A DNA stretch of 64,000 nt from assembly GCA_963756875.1 (NCBI GenBank), contig CAVWPA010000003.1, positions 800,001 through 864,000 of the forward strand, in the 5' to 3' direction. Within the stretch, counting starts at the first letter, position 1. Every line of letters starts with the position of its first letter. The DNA is from an uncultured Verrucomicrobiae bacterium. Lineage in GTDB: Bacteria; Verrucomicrobiota; Verrucomicrobiia; Chthoniobacterales; UBA10450. Position numbers and translations under genes: made by a program. The notes beneath the pieces were generated by a model. That model made no database searches, was not told where the DNA came from, and was given only the letters and a program-made list of their open reading frames with translations. Positions 1-10,790 of this stretch are shown one piece after another.

Positions 1-1
1 G

Positions 2-1222
2 CATCGCAACGACACGATCGACGTCTGGATCGACAGCGGTGTATCGCACAAGGCCGTTTGCGCGATGCATCCGGAGCTGCGCGATCCCGCGGACATGTAT
101 CTCGAAGCGACCGATCAGCATCGCGGCTGGTTTCAGTCTTCCCTCATGACCAGCATCGCTCTGAACGATCGTGCGCCTTACAAAACCTGCGTCACGCACG
201 GCTTTGTCGTTGATGTGGACGGGAAAAAGATTTCGAAGTCGGGCACGTACGACAAGCCCATGGATGCCGGCCATTTCGTGAACAAACACGGAGCCGATCT
301 CGTTAGGCTATGGGCGAGCAGCATCGATTACACGGACGACGTTCCTTTTTCGGAAGAAATGTTCACTCGTCTCGGCGATACCTATCGACGGATTCGCAAT
401 ACGCTGCGCATCCTGGTGGGAAATCTTTATGATTTCCCTGCAGCCGCAGTCACTGGGCCGCGGCCGGCGGCAGCGGCTACAACGATCGATCGCTGGATAT
501 TGGGACGGCTTGACGAGGTAATCCGCGATTGTCGCGCCGCGTACGAAGCGTACGAGTTTCACAAGGTTTATCACACGCTCAATCAGTTTTGCGCGGTCGA
601 TCTGAGCAGTTTGTACGTCGACATCACCAAGGACCGGATGTATTGCGACGCGCCCGATTCGCCCCGGAGGCGGGCGACGCAGGCGGCGATGCACGAGATT
701 TTCAACGCACTCTGCAGATTGCTGGCGCCTGTTCTTGCCTTTACTGCCGAGGAAGCCTGGCAGCATTCGAAGGTCGGCGGATCAATTCACACACAGGAGT
801 TTCCCGAGGCAAAAAACCGAGGGGGTAAAGCGAGCAGTCAGGTTGCGGAATTGCTGAAATTGCGTGCCGTAATCGGGCAGGCCATCGAAAAGGCGCGACA
901 GGAAAAAGTGATCGGCAACTCGCTGGAGGCTACTGTCATTTTGAAATCGAGTTCCAATGTGACGGCGAAGATCGGCAAGGAAGAGCTCGAGGAATTCTTT
1001 ATTTTGAGCGACCTGACAATCGAGCAGGCAACGGACACGAGCGCTTTTGTGACAAAGACATCCTTCCAAAAGTGTGCGCGCTGCTGGCGGCATCGCTCGA
1101 CTGTAGGCAAGAGCGAAGCGCATCCGGATCTATGCGACAGATGCGAAGCCGTGGTTGTGAAAACAGGCAGGGATGGCTCTCTCTCCGGGCTGGATGACTC
1201 TACGAGCCGGAAGCCGAGCTAA
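2..1222 (+). CDS. ileS: Isoleucine--tRNA ligase, 5'-partial (runs off window start)
   Basis: Frame open from base 2: DTIDVWIDSG, YLEATDQHRGWFQSSL, KISKS (KMSKS motif), C-terminal CARCW...CDRC zinc finger; lspA follows. Confidence 0.97.
   Translation, partial: HRNDTIDVWIDSGVSHKAVCAMHPELRDPADMYLEATDQHRGWFQSSLMTSIALNDRAPYKTCVTHGFVVDVDGKKISKSGTYDKPMDAGHFVNKHGADLVRLWASSIDYTDDVPFSEEMFTRLGDTYRRIRNTLRILVGNLYDFPAAAVTGPRPAAAATTIDRWILGRLDEVIRDCRAAYEAYEFHKVYHTLNQFCAVDLSSLYVDITKDRMYCDAPDSPRRRATQAAMHEIFNALCRLLAPVLAFTAEEAWQHSKVGGSIHTQEFPEAKNRGGKASSQVAELLKLRAVIGQAIEKARQEKVIGNSLEATVILKSSSNVTAKIGKEELEEFFILSDLTIEQATDTSAFVTKTSFQKCARCWRHRSTVGKSEAHPDLCDRCEAVVVKTGRDGSLSGLDDSTSRKPS
439..481. repeat. Degenerate GTAG-type REP-like inverted repeat inside ileS
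   Basis: TGCAGCCGCAGTC...GGCAGCGGCTACA, arms 10/13 complementary; ends match the TGTAGC...GCTACA termini of intergenic doublets. Confidence 0.55.
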
Positions 1223-1287
1223 TTAATAGGCATGAGCGAAATGCAGATAACGAACGAAGTCGGACGTTTCGGAGAAACGTCCCTACC
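1166..1287. repeat. REP-like doublet overlapping ileS 3' end
   Basis: Right unit 1262-1287 is a perfect hairpin GGACGTTTC-GGA-GAAACGTCC followed by CTACC (GGTAG on minus strand); left unit GGCAGGGATGGCTC is degenerate. Confidence 0.7.
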
Positions 1288-1296
1288 CGGAACGGA

Positions 1297-1818
1297 ATGA
1301 AATACATTTTCTTTCTCTCTTTACCGCTCTACCTGCTCGATCGCTTCACGAAATATCTCGTTTTGAGCCGTATCAGCCCCGACGAGCCGCGCATCGTGGT
1401 GGCAAATTTTTTTCATCTGGTAAATATCACCAATACCGGTGCCGCATTTGGTTCGTTCAAGAATCACAGTGTCTTCTTCATTATTATTTCATGTGTGGCT
1501 GTCTTTTTTGCGCTGGTGTTGCTTCTCGGACACCCTGAGACATCGAAGAGCGAAAAGCCGGCAACTTCTCTTTGGTGGGCTCGCGATGCCTGGCGCGACG
1601 TTTCGCTCGCCCTGCTCCTGGCCGGCGTCCTCGGTAATCTGACCGATCGCCTTCTTTACGGGCACGTGATCGATTTTCTCCTTTTCGATCTCCATGTGCC
1701 TTTCGCTCATCCGTGGCCGGCGTTCAATGTCGCCGATTCCTGCATCTGTATGGCCGTTGTTTTCTTCATGATTCACTCCTTCCGCCACGATAAACGTGCT
1801 GAGGGACCGGCGGATTAG
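1297..1818 (+). CDS. lspA: Lipoprotein signal peptidase II
   Basis: NTGAAFG, GNLTDR, VIDF, FNVAD motifs; adjacent to ileS. Confidence 0.96.
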   Translation: MKYIFFLSLPLYLLDRFTKYLVLSRISPDEPRIVVANFFHLVNITNTGAAFGSFKNHSVFFIIISCVAVFFALVLLLGHPETSKSEKPATSLWWARDAWRDVSLALLLAGVLGNLTDRLLYGHVIDFLLFDLHVPFAHPWPAFNVADSCICMAVVFFMIHSFRHDKRAEGPAD

Positions 1819-1835
1819 CTGTAGCCGAGAAGGTC

Positions 1836-1937
1836 TGTGGCGGTGGTCGATGACTGCCCGATGCCGCGATTTAATTTATGCGACGGTCATCCGCCTTCGC
1901 CAGAAAATTACGGCGCGACAAGTAGACCGCCGCTACA
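1836..1937. repeat. REP-like doublet of the 59218-59287 family, interrupted by a mini-element
   Basis: TGTGGCGGTGGTCGATGACTGCC...TGCGACGGTCAT[insert]AGACCGCCGCTACA aligns with TGTAGCGGCGGTCTATGACCGTCGC...TGCGACGGTCGCAGATCGCGGCTACA. Confidence 0.8.
1891..1922 (+). mobile_element. Mini insertion element, copy 1
   Basis: CCGCCTTCGCCAGAAAATTACGGCGCGACAAG with T on both sides; removing it restores the REP hairpin. Confidence 0.7.
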
Positions 1938-1953
1938 ATAGGACGTGAACTCG

Positions 1954-3273
1954 ATGGAAAAGATGGCCCGCGAGATTGTCGCGCGTCTGCGCGAGCGCGG
2001 TCATGTTGCCTATTTCGCCGGCGGCTGCGTACGCGACATGGTGCGCGGTGAGAGTCCCAAGGACTTCGATATCGTGACCGATGCGCAACCCGAAGCGGTG
2101 CAGAGACTTTTTCCGCGAACTTACGCCGTCGGCGCGCATTTCGGAGTCATCGTGGTCGTCGAAGGAGAATTCCAATTTGAAGTCGCAACTTTTCGCTCCG
2201 ATGGCGCTTATCTCGATCACCGGCATCCCAGCGAAGTTCACTTTTCTTCACCGGAAGAGGATGCCAGACGGCGGGATTTCACGATCAATGGCATGTTTTT
2301 CGACCCGGTCGCGAACCAGGTCATCGATTTCGTCGGCGGCCGGGCGGACATCGAAGCGAAATTGGTCCGCGCGATCGGCGACCCGGGCCAACGATTTACA
2401 GAGGACCGTTTGCGCATGTTGCGGGCGGTGCGCTTCGCCACTGTGCTCGATTACCAAATCGACCGGAAGACCTGGGAGGCCCTCGTTGCGAACGCGCCTT
2501 CAATCAACGAAATCAGTGCCGAGCGAATTCGCGAGGAGTTGTTACGGATTTTTTTATCACCCAATCGTGTGCGCGGCTGGGATCTACTCGATCAAAGCGG
2601 ATTGATGCGCGTTATTTTACCGGAACTGGATGAGATGAAAGGCTGCCAGCAGCCGGAGCAATTTCATCCGGAAGGCGATGTTTTCACGCACACGCGGCTG
2701 ATGTTGCACCTGCTACCGAAAAAAGTCTCGGTGCCGCTTGTTCTCTCGGTCCTGTTTCATGATATCGGCAAGCCGGTGACGGCAACGGTCGATGAAACGG
2801 GCCGGATTCGTTTTAACGACCACGACCGGATCGGCGCGGCGATGACCGAAGGAATCATGGAGCGATTGCGTTTCTCGCGCGCAGAGATTGACGCGACGGT
2901 GGAGATGGTGCGGCAGCATATGGTTTTCAAGGACGTGCCGAAGATGCGAGTGGCGAAATTGAAACGTTTCATGGCGCGGCCCACTTTCGAAGAGGAACTG
3001 GAGCTGCACCGGGTGGATTGCGAGAGCAGTCATCGCATGCTGGACAATTACGAATTTCTGCTGCGTAAACGGGAAGAATTCGCGAACGAGCCGATCATTC
3101 CGCTACCGCTGGTGCGCGGCGACGATCTGATCGTGCTCGGGCTAAGACCGGGACCAAAGTTTGGCGAGATTCTCGAAGCTGTGGAAACGCGCCAGTTGGA
3201 AGGCTGGCTGCACAGCCGCGCGGAAGCGATTGAGTGGATAAAGAAAGAATATTCGTTAGGCAAGAGCGACTAA
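1954..3273 (+). CDS. cca: CCA tRNA nucleotidyltransferase / poly(A) polymerase family with HD domain (alternative GTG start 1945)
   Basis: GGCVRD, DFDIVT, RRDFTING, EDRLRMLRAVRF, HPEGDVFTHT, HDIGK. Confidence 0.9.
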   Translation: MEKMAREIVARLRERGHVAYFAGGCVRDMVRGESPKDFDIVTDAQPEAVQRLFPRTYAVGAHFGVIVVVEGEFQFEVATFRSDGAYLDHRHPSEVHFSSPEEDARRRDFTINGMFFDPVANQVIDFVGGRADIEAKLVRAIGDPGQRFTEDRLRMLRAVRFATVLDYQIDRKTWEALVANAPSINEISAERIREELLRIFLSPNRVRGWDLLDQSGLMRVILPELDEMKGCQQPEQFHPEGDVFTHTRLMLHLLPKKVSVPLVLSVLFHDIGKPVTATVDETGRIRFNDHDRIGAAMTEGIMERLRFSRAEIDATVEMVRQHMVFKDVPKMRVAKLKRFMARPTFEEELELHRVDCESSHRMLDNYEFLLRKREEFANEPIIPLPLVRGDDLIVLGLRPGPKFGEILEAVETRQLEGWLHSRAEAIEWIKKEYSLGKSD

Positions 3274-3321
3274 AAAAACGCCCGATATTGCCCCCCAATA
3301 GCAGAAGTCGGCTCCACTTTG

Positions 3322-3356
3322 ACATCAAACATCAAACACCGAACATCCAGCATCGC
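3322..3356. repeat. Degenerate 7-mer tandem repeat
   Basis: ACATCAA ACATCAA ACACCGA ACATCCA GCATCGC directly before the glgA ATG. Confidence 0.6.
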
Positions 3357-4805
3357 ATGAGAATCCTGATGATCAGTCCGGAGGGGCCGCCGATGGAGCG
3401 CGCGGGGGCGCTAGTGGACGTGATGAATGCGTTGCCGCACGAGCTGCGCGAGCGAGGACATGAGGTGGCGGTGGCGATGCCGTTTTATCGCGAGATTCGG
3501 GAGAATCCCGCATTCAAGGAAGAAGATACCGGGGTGACAGTCGATGTTCGAGTGGGCGACAAAACTTATATCGCCGAATATTTACAAGGGCGGAGCGCCA
3601 GCGGAGTGCAGTTGTTCTTTGTTCGATGCGATGATTTTTTCGATCGAGGAGGAATCTACGGCGAGCATGGCGTTCCTTACGAAGATAACGCCGAGCGCTT
3701 TATCTTTTTCAGCAAGGCGTCGGTGGAACTGGCGCGGCGCCTGACACCGCCCCCGCAGGTGCTCCATATCCATGATTGGCCGGCGGCGCTGGTGCCGGTT
3801 TATGTGCAGGCGCACCATTTGCCGTTCTCGACGGCGTTGACGATCCATCATCTGGCGGAGCAGGGGAGTTTCTGGGGGCTCGACTTTCGTCTGACGAACC
3901 TGCACGAGCGGTTTTTCACGCTCCGTGGTGTCGAGTTTTTCGGGAAATTGAATTTTCTCAAGGCCGGGATTTTGTTCTCCGACAAAATCACGACTGTAAG
4001 CGAGCGGTACAAGCGCGAGATACAGACGCCCGAATACGGTTGCGGGCTGGATGGTGTTTTTCGCGAGAACGCATTCAAGCTCACCGCAATTTTGCATGGC
4101 GCCGATTACGCGCGCTGGAATCCTGAGACCGACGCACTGCTGCCGGCGCGTTACAATCCAAACTCGATGTGGGGGAAGCAGATTTGCCGCGACACATTGC
4201 TGGCCGATCTCGGACTCGCGCGCGCGCCGACGGGACCTGTTTTTGGAATGGTCACGCGCGTGGTCGAGGAAAAAGGCTTCCAAATTCTCATGCCTGCGCT
4301 CGATCGCCTTCTTTCCGACGATGTGCGTCTGATCGTTCTCGGGGAGGGCGATCCGGGTTACGAAACTGCGCTCGCCGTCGCTTCGCGAAAGTTTCCCGGC
4401 AAGTTTGCTTACCGAAGAGATTACCACGAGAGGTTGGCCCATTTGATTGAAGCGGGAACGGACATTGCGTTGATTCCGTCACGCTTCGAACCTGCGGGGC
4501 TAAGTGCGATGTACAATTTGCGCTACGGTGCGCTCCCAGTCGCAAGCGCCACGGGTGGAATTCAGGAAATTATCGAGGATTACGATCCGGCTGTTGACAG
4601 CGGATATGGGTTCCTCTGTTACGAATATTCGACCGAGGCTTTCTGGGACGCGATTAAGCGCGCGCGCGAGATTTTTCGCAATCGCGAGATCTGGACGGGG
4701 CTGATGGAGCGCGCGATGGCCCGGAATTTTTCCTGGGCTGAATCGGCGCAGCGGTACGAGGAACTTTATCGCGAGCTCGTTCCCGCCGATCAGGCCGCGG
4801 CCTGA
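3357..4805 (+). CDS. glgA: Glycogen/starch synthase family (GT5) with variant N-terminal motif
   Basis: YEDNAERFIFF, HIHDW, NFLKAG, PSRFEPAGL, RYGALPV, GGIQE, FSW; KTGGL replaced by RAGAL. Confidence 0.85.
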   Translation: MRILMISPEGPPMERAGALVDVMNALPHELRERGHEVAVAMPFYREIRENPAFKEEDTGVTVDVRVGDKTYIAEYLQGRSASGVQLFFVRCDDFFDRGGIYGEHGVPYEDNAERFIFFSKASVELARRLTPPPQVLHIHDWPAALVPVYVQAHHLPFSTALTIHHLAEQGSFWGLDFRLTNLHERFFTLRGVEFFGKLNFLKAGILFSDKITTVSERYKREIQTPEYGCGLDGVFRENAFKLTAILHGADYARWNPETDALLPARYNPNSMWGKQICRDTLLADLGLARAPTGPVFGMVTRVVEEKGFQILMPALDRLLSDDVRLIVLGEGDPGYETALAVASRKFPGKFAYRRDYHERLAHLIEAGTDIALIPSRFEPAGLSAMYNLRYGALPVASATGGIQEIIEDYDPAVDSGYGFLCYEYSTEAFWDAIKRAREIFRNREIWTGLMERAMARNFSWAESAQRYEELYRELVPADQAAA

Positions 4806-4817
4806 TTGGCGGCTTTT

Positions 4818-4848
4818 CCTCTCCTCAAGGAGAGGATTTAGGTAAGGG
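4818..4848. repeat. CCTCTCC...GGAGAGG hairpin (palindromic repeat or terminator) after glgA
   Basis: CCTCTCCT-CAA-GGAGAGG followed by ATTTAGGTAAGGG. Confidence 0.5.
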
Positions 4849-5003
4849 CAAACACATCGTCTTCTCGTCGAACTCAGGCCATTTGAGCCCTAAGAAACGA
4901 AACGATTGCGATGCAGCGCGGCACTCCAGAGACCGGCGAATCCGCAAGTTCTTGCAATCGCGGAGGCTTTGATATCTCCTCGGCCCTTCCCGGTTCTGAC
5001 GTC

Positions 5004-6229
5004 ATGAAGCGTTCGGTATCCGCATTCAAACCCCTGTTATACGGTTTGCTTCTCACCGTGGCGCAAGTCGCGTTGGCCGTTTTACTCCTCGCGCCGGAAG
5101 GCCCCCTCTCGTCCCGTTACTCCAGCCTTGTCCAGCACGATAGCTATTGGTTCATGAACATCGTCGATCGCGGCTATCAAACGATTGTACCGCCCACGGA
5201 TCATAAGGTGATGGAAGTCTCAAATGTCGGATTTTTCCCCGCGTATCCGGCGATCACAGCGTTGCTCCATTACGGTCTGCACCTCGACACGGACAACGCG
5301 CTGCTCGTGACAGCCCAGGTGGCCGCGTGGGGTTTCTGGACCTATTTTTTTCTCTTTTGTCAGCGTTGGAACCTTTCGCCGACGCTTCGATTCTTCGGGG
5401 CGTTATTAATTGTCGCGCACCCGGCTGCATTCTTTTTAATTGCCGGGTATCGGAGTCGCTTTTTCTCATGGCGCTTCTCGGATTCGCTTACTGGAGTACC
5501 GAAACGGGCCGGACGGCAAAGATCTGGACGGCGCTGCATGGAATCGTCATGTCCGCGACGCGAATCGTGGGAATCCCCTGTGCCGCGTTCCCGGTGGTGC
5601 GCCGTCTCTTTGCGGATGGATGGAATGTCCTGCGCACTCCGCGAGAATGGTTACGCCATTACGGGTCGGCAACTGGTCTGACGATCGTGTCGGCGGCCGG
5701 CGGGGCGCTTTTTTTTCTCTACTGCCAGCTCCGCTGGGGGCACTGGAATCTTTACCTGCTCACCCAATCGGAGTGTTGGGGAATCGAGCCCGATTACCTG
5801 GCTGTTTTTAAACCATCCAGTTATCGCTGGCTGGTGCCGCCGCTGAACAACCCCACCCAGATGAGTCAAATGTCCATGACGATTGGAGGGCTGCTCCTCG
5901 TTGCCGTGGTGTTGTGCGAACTGATTCCGGGAACTCGCCGTTGCGCGGAGTGGCCGACGCGCATCGGAATTTATTTTTGCGCAGCCGTTATTTATTACAT
6001 CTCAGTAAGCGGAGTCGCTTCCGTCGAGATGGAGAGCATGCTGCGTTACGAGTTCTGTGTGCATGCCCTGATCGTACTCGCCTTTTTGAATTTTCTACGT
6101 CAGTTTCGCGTCTCGTCCATGCTGTTGCGGGCGTTCAGCATGGCTGCAGTCGCGTTGGCCAGTGCTGCTGGCCTTGGGTTGCAGGGTTGGTACGTCTGGA
6201 ACTTTACGCGAGGGAATTGGGTGGCGTAA
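5004..6229 (+). pseudogene. Integral membrane GT-C mannosyltransferase-like protein, frameshifted near 5450 (pseudogene or sequencing error)
   Basis: QHDSYWF..IVDRGY and FFPAYP in one frame; SESLFL and TRIVG in the next; adding one T at GGGTATCGGAG restores AGYSESLF. Confidence 0.7.
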
Positions 6230-6250
6230 TTGCCTGACAACTTTTTTTCA

Positions 6251-7771
6251 ATGAAAACAGTCGTCGCTGTCATCGGAGCCGGGCCGGCGGGTCTCACTGC
6301 CGCGTACTTGCTTTCGAAGAACGACGTCGAAGTCGTCGTTCTGGAAGCCGATCCGGTTTACGTCGGCGGCATTTCGCGTACCGCCACCTACAAAGGATTC
6401 CATTTCGATATCGGCGGGCACCGATTTTTCTCGAAGTCCAAGGCAGTGGAGGATCTGTGGACGGAGATTTTGCCCGACGACATGCTGCAGCGACCCCGAT
6501 CTTCACGCATTTTCTACGGTGGAAAGTTTTTCAATTACCCGCTGAGACCTTTCGAGGCTCTCATCAAGCTCGGCATTTTTGAATCGGTGCTATGCATTTT
6601 TTCCTGGCTGAGAGCGCGGTTCTTTCCCAAGCGCAACCCGCGCAATTTTGAGGAATGGGTGAGCAATCAATTCGGCCGCCGGCTCTTCAGGATTTTCTTC
6701 AAGAGCTACACCGAAAAGGTCTGGGGCATGAATTGCGCGGAAATTTCGGCCGACTGGGCGGCGCAACGGATCAAAGGCCTGTCGTTAGGCAGCGCGATCA
6801 AGAATGCGCTCCTCCCCCGACGCTACAACGGCGACCGGAGCAAAGTGATCAAGACATTGATCAACTCGTTTCGCTATCCTCGTAAGGGTCCCGGCATGAT
6901 GTGGGAAGCGTGTGCCGAAAAGGTAAAAAGAATGGGTGGCAGGGTCGAGATGGGATGCAAGGTGATCGGGTGCAGCTACGATGAGGTAACATCCAGGTGG
7001 AGCATCCAGTTGAGAGATCCGCAGGGGAGGTTGCAGAGACTCGAGGCTGAGCACGTGATCTCTTCAGCGCCCATGCGCGAGCTCGTTCGCGGTCTGTCCC
7101 CGGAAGTAAGCCGGCGGACCAGGCACGCGGCTGAAAGCCTGAAGTACCGCGATTTCCTAACGGTCATGCTCATTCTGAAAGAGAGGAAGATGTTCGATGA
7201 CAACTGGATCTACATCCACGACCCCAGCGTCAGAGTCGGCCGCATCCAGAATTTTCGATCGTGGTCGCCCGAGATGGTGCCCGATGCGGATAAAGCCTGC
7301 TATGGTCTCGAGTACTTTTGTTTCGAACACGACGGTCTCTGGGATTCGTCCGATCAGGATTTAATTGAGCTTGGCAAACACGAGCTAAACAGGATCGGTT
7401 TGGCCAAAGAGAACGATGTGGTCGACGGCTGCGTGGTCCGGCAGAAAAAAGCCTATCCAGTTTACGATGACGATTACGCTCAGCACGTGGCCACGATTAG
7501 GCGGGAGCTCGAAGAGCGTTATCCCAATCTGCACCTCGTAGGGCGCAACGGCATGCATAAGTACAACAATCAGGACCACGCCATGATGACCGCCATGTTG
7601 TGCGTCGAAAATATTCTCGCGGAAACAAAGCTCTACGATCTGTGGCAAGTGAACGGCGACGCCGAATACCATGAAACGGGCGCGGCTCTGGAAGAACCGC
7701 ACGGTAGCGCTCTTCGTCTCGTTCCGGAGCCGGTCGTCGCTTCCCCCGAGCTAGCCCCGGAGCAGGGCTGA
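6251..7771 (+). CDS. NAD(P)/FAD-dependent oxidoreductase (protoporphyrinogen oxidase / amine oxidase-like, glycan-locus type)
   Basis: IGAGPAGLTAA Rossmann motif, DIGGHRFFSK, GRNGMHKYNNQDHAM. Confidence 0.85.
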   Translation: MKTVVAVIGAGPAGLTAAYLLSKNDVEVVVLEADPVYVGGISRTATYKGFHFDIGGHRFFSKSKAVEDLWTEILPDDMLQRPRSSRIFYGGKFFNYPLRPFEALIKLGIFESVLCIFSWLRARFFPKRNPRNFEEWVSNQFGRRLFRIFFKSYTEKVWGMNCAEISADWAAQRIKGLSLGSAIKNALLPRRYNGDRSKVIKTLINSFRYPRKGPGMMWEACAEKVKRMGGRVEMGCKVIGCSYDEVTSRWSIQLRDPQGRLQRLEAEHVISSAPMRELVRGLSPEVSRRTRHAAESLKYRDFLTVMLILKERKMFDDNWIYIHDPSVRVGRIQNFRSWSPEMVPDADKACYGLEYFCFEHDGLWDSSDQDLIELGKHELNRIGLAKENDVVDGCVVRQKKAYPVYDDDYAQHVATIRRELEERYPNLHLVGRNGMHKYNNQDHAMMTAMLCVENILAETKLYDLWQVNGDAEYHETGAALEEPHGSALRLVPEPVVASPELAPEQG

Positions 7772-7862
7772 AGGAAGGACCGCGCAGTTCAGGTACACAA
7801 ACGTCAAGCCTTGAGCAAATGCTCTGGATTTTTCTCCGAAGCGAAGCAGGACGATTGTTCGC

Positions 7863-10751
7863 TTATTCCTGGCTACTTTCTTCCACCGTTGGACAGGTGC
7901 AAAACAGATTCCTGTCGCCGTAAACGTTGTCGATCCGGGCCACGGCCGGCCAGAATTTGTGTTCACGCGTCCACGGCGCCGGGAATGCCGCTTGTTCGCG
8001 CGTGTAAGGGTGCTCCCATTTTTCAGCCGCGATTTGGCGTGCGGTATGCGGCGCGTTTTTTAGCAGATTGTTCTCTTTGTCGATCTTGCCCTTAACCACT
8101 GCCTCGATCTCGGCATGAATTGAGATCATCGCGTCGCAAAACCGGTCCAGCTCCTCTTTCGATTCACTTTCGGTCGGCTCAATCATCATGGTCCCGGCAA
8201 TCGGCCACGAAATTGTCGGTGCGTGAAAGCCGTAATCCATCAACCGCTTCGCCACATCTTCGACTTCGATGCCCGCGCTTTTCCATTGGCGAAGATCGAC
8301 GACACATTCGTGCGCAACCAGGCCGCCCTTTCCTTTAAAGAGAACCGGGAAATAAGAATCGAGCCGCCTGGCCATGTAGTTTGCGTTCAGGATCGCGACC
8401 TGGCTGGCACGCTTCAATCCTGCGGCGCCCATCATGTGAATGTACATCCAGGAAATGGTGAGGATGCTTGCACTGCCGTAAGGCGCGGCCGAAACCGGCC
8501 CGACTCCGTTTTCTTGATCCGGCTCTTTATTATTCAGAGAAGCGAACGCCGGCAAAAACGGCGCGAGATGTTTCGCAACGCAGATCGGGCCCACCCCGGG
8601 GCCACCGCCGCCATGAGGAATGCAAAACGTCTTGTGCAAATTCAAATGACAGACATCGGCACCGTAATCGCCGGGGCGGCAGAGACCGACTTGCGCGTTC
8701 ATGTTCGCCCCATCCATATAAACCTGGCCGCCATGCGAGTGCACAATCTTGCAAATCTCGCGGATGGTCGGCTCGAAGACGCCATGAGTTGAAGGATAAG
8801 TGACCATGAGTGCGGCCAGATCGTCAGCATGCTGGTCCGCTTTTGCGCGCAAGTCGGCGAGGTCGATATCCCCATCTTTCGAGGTGACGACCGGGATGAC
8901 TTTGAACCCCGCCATGACCGCGCTGGCCGGGTTGGTCCCGTGCGCCGAAGTTGGAATCAAACAGATTTTGCGGTGTGCTTCGTTGCGCGAAAGATGATAC
9001 GCGCGGATTGCGAGCAACCCGGCATATTCGCCCTGCGCGCCAGCGTTTGGTTGCAGGGAGACTGCGTCAAATCCGGTAATTTCGGCCAGCCATTCTTCAA
9101 GCTGCCGGCACATTTCGATGTAGCCGCGTGTTTGATCGGCGGGCGCGAATGGATGCAGTTTCGCAAATTCCGGCCACGAGATCGGAAACATTTCCGCGGT
9201 CGCGTTCAGTTTCATCGTGCAGGATCCCAGTGGAATCATGGAATGGCAGAGCGAGAGATCGCGTGACTCCAGTTTCTTCAGGTAACGCAGCATTTCTGTT
9301 TCGGTGTGGTGCGTGTTGAAGACTGGATGGGTGAGGAATTGCGAAGCGCGCGCTGCGAACGGCGGAATGCGAACCGGCGGCCTGCCAGGATCGTCATCCG
9401 CGAAATCGCGAACATGCGTGCCGCGAAAGATCGACATCAAAAGCTCGATGTCGCGATTCGTGGTCGTCTCGTCCAATGAAACGCCCACAGTCTTTGCGCC
9501 GAGCGCTCGCAGATTACACCCCGCCTTTTGTGCGTGCTCGACGAATGTCGCGCTGGACTCGACCTCGACCCGAATGGTGTCAAAAAAGCTTTCATGCGTG
9601 ATTTTAAAACCGAGCGCGCGCAAACCCTGGACAAGCTGGCTGGTCAGACGATGAACGCGTTCCGCGATGGAACGCAGCCCGCGTGGGCCGTGATAAACGG
9701 CGTACATCGACGCAATGACGGCCAGGAGAACTTCCGCCGTGCAAATGTTGCTGGTGGCTTTTTCGCGGCGAATGTGTTGCTCGCGTGTCTGTAACGCGAG
9801 CCGGTACGCCGGGCGGTCTTCGGCATCGTGCGAGACACCGACCAGGCGGCCTGGCATGTGCCGTTTGTATTGATCGCGCGTCGCAAAATAGGCGGCGTGC
9901 GGTCCACCGAAACCGAGCGGAACACCAAAGCGCTGCGTATTTCCCACCGCGACGTCCGCGCCGAACTCGCCCGGCGGCTTGATCAGCGTGAGCGCCAGAA
10001 TGTCGGCTGCGACCACGACCAGTGCACCGGCGCCGTGCGCCTGCCTGACGAACTCGGTGTAATCATAAATGGCGCCATCGCTGGCCGGATATTGCACGAG
10101 TGCGCCGAAAACGGTTTTATCGAATCGAAACTGCGAGAAATCGCCGAGGCGAACGTCTATGCCCAGCGGTTGGGCGCGCGTCTGCACAACCTGAATCGTT
10201 TGCGGATGACAATTGCTCGCCACGAAGAAAACTTTGCGGTCGGGAACGGCGGCGCGACAAAGTGCCATTGCTTCGGCGGCAGCAGTCGCTTCATCGAGAA
10301 GGGACGCATTCGCTATGTCGAGCGCCGTCAGATCGGTGATCATTGTCTGGAAATTGAGGAGCGCTTCCAGGCGGCCTTGCGCCAGTTCCGCCTGGTACGG
10401 CGTGTAAGCTGTGTACCAGCCGGGATTTTCGAGGATATTTCGCTGAATCACAGGCGGCGTCGTGCAGTCGGAATAACCGGCACCAATAAACGTTTTCTCG
10501 ATTTTATTTTTCGATGAAAGCGTGCGCAAATCGGCCAGCGCTTCGGCTTCCGGTTTCGCTTCCGGCAGATTTAATTGTCGATCGAATCGAATGTCCTTCG
10601 GGACGGTCGCGTCGATGAGTGCGTCAAGATTATCGAAGCCGACGTCTCGCAGCATCGCCGCGATTTCTATCTCATTCGGGCCAATGTGACGGCGCGCGAA
10701 AGAGTCCGAGCCGGACTGGCCGTCATCGATCTCTTCTTTGCGCGTTTGCAT
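7863..10751 (-). CDS. gcvP: Glycine dehydrogenase (glycine cleavage P protein)
   Basis: [52 protein letters not shown]. Confidence 0.98.
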   Translation of the reverse strand: MQTRKEEIDDGQSGSDSFARRHIGPNEIEIAAMLRDVGFDNLDALIDATVPKDIRFDRQLNLPEAKPEAEALADLRTLSSKNKIEKTFIGAGYSDCTTPPVIQRNILENPGWYTAYTPYQAELAQGRLEALLNFQTMITDLTALDIANASLLDEATAAAEAMALCRAAVPDRKVFFVASNCHPQTIQVVQTRAQPLGIDVRLGDFSQFRFDKTVFGALVQYPASDGAIYDYTEFVRQAHGAGALVVVAADILALTLIKPPGEFGADVAVGNTQRFGVPLGFGGPHAAYFATRDQYKRHMPGRLVGVSHDAEDRPAYRLALQTREQHIRREKATSNICTAEVLLAVIASMYAVYHGPRGLRSIAERVHRLTSQLVQGLRALGFKITHESFFDTIRVEVESSATFVEHAQKAGCNLRALGAKTVGVSLDETTTNRDIELLMSIFRGTHVRDFADDDPGRPPVRIPPFAARASQFLTHPVFNTHHTETEMLRYLKKLESRDLSLCHSMIPLGSCTMKLNATAEMFPISWPEFAKLHPFAPADQTRGYIEMCRQLEEWLAEITGFDAVSLQPNAGAQGEYAGLLAIRAYHLSRNEAHRKICLIPTSAHGTNPASAVMAGFKVIPVVTSKDGDIDLADLRAKADQHADDLAALMVTYPSTHGVFEPTIREICKIVHSHGGQVYMDGANMNAQVGLCRPGDYGADVCHLNLHKTFCIPHGGGGPGVGPICVAKHLAPFLPAFASLNNKEPDQENGVGPVSAAPYGSASILTISWMYIHMMGAAGLKRASQVAILNANYMARRLDSYFPVLFKGKGGLVAHECVVDLRQWKSAGIEVEDVAKRLMDYGFHAPTISWPIAGTMMIEPTESESKEELDRFCDAMISIHAEIEAVVKGKIDKENNLLKNAPHTARQIAAEKWEHPYTREQAAFPAPWTREHKFWPAVARIDNVYGDRNLFCTCPTVEESSQE

Positions 10752-10790
10752 GGGAGGAGATTACAAAGCGCGAGCACGCGCTTCAAGTGC

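Noticed and set aside
1528..1585. Hydrophilic insertion in LspA (GHPETSKSEKPAT) as repeat-derived
   Set aside because: No clear inverted repeat or GTAG foot remains; cannot be supported without orthologues.
9335..9378. Weak period-7 pattern inside the gcvP linker (TTCGCA-like units on minus strand)
   Set aside because: Too degenerate to distinguish from codon bias.
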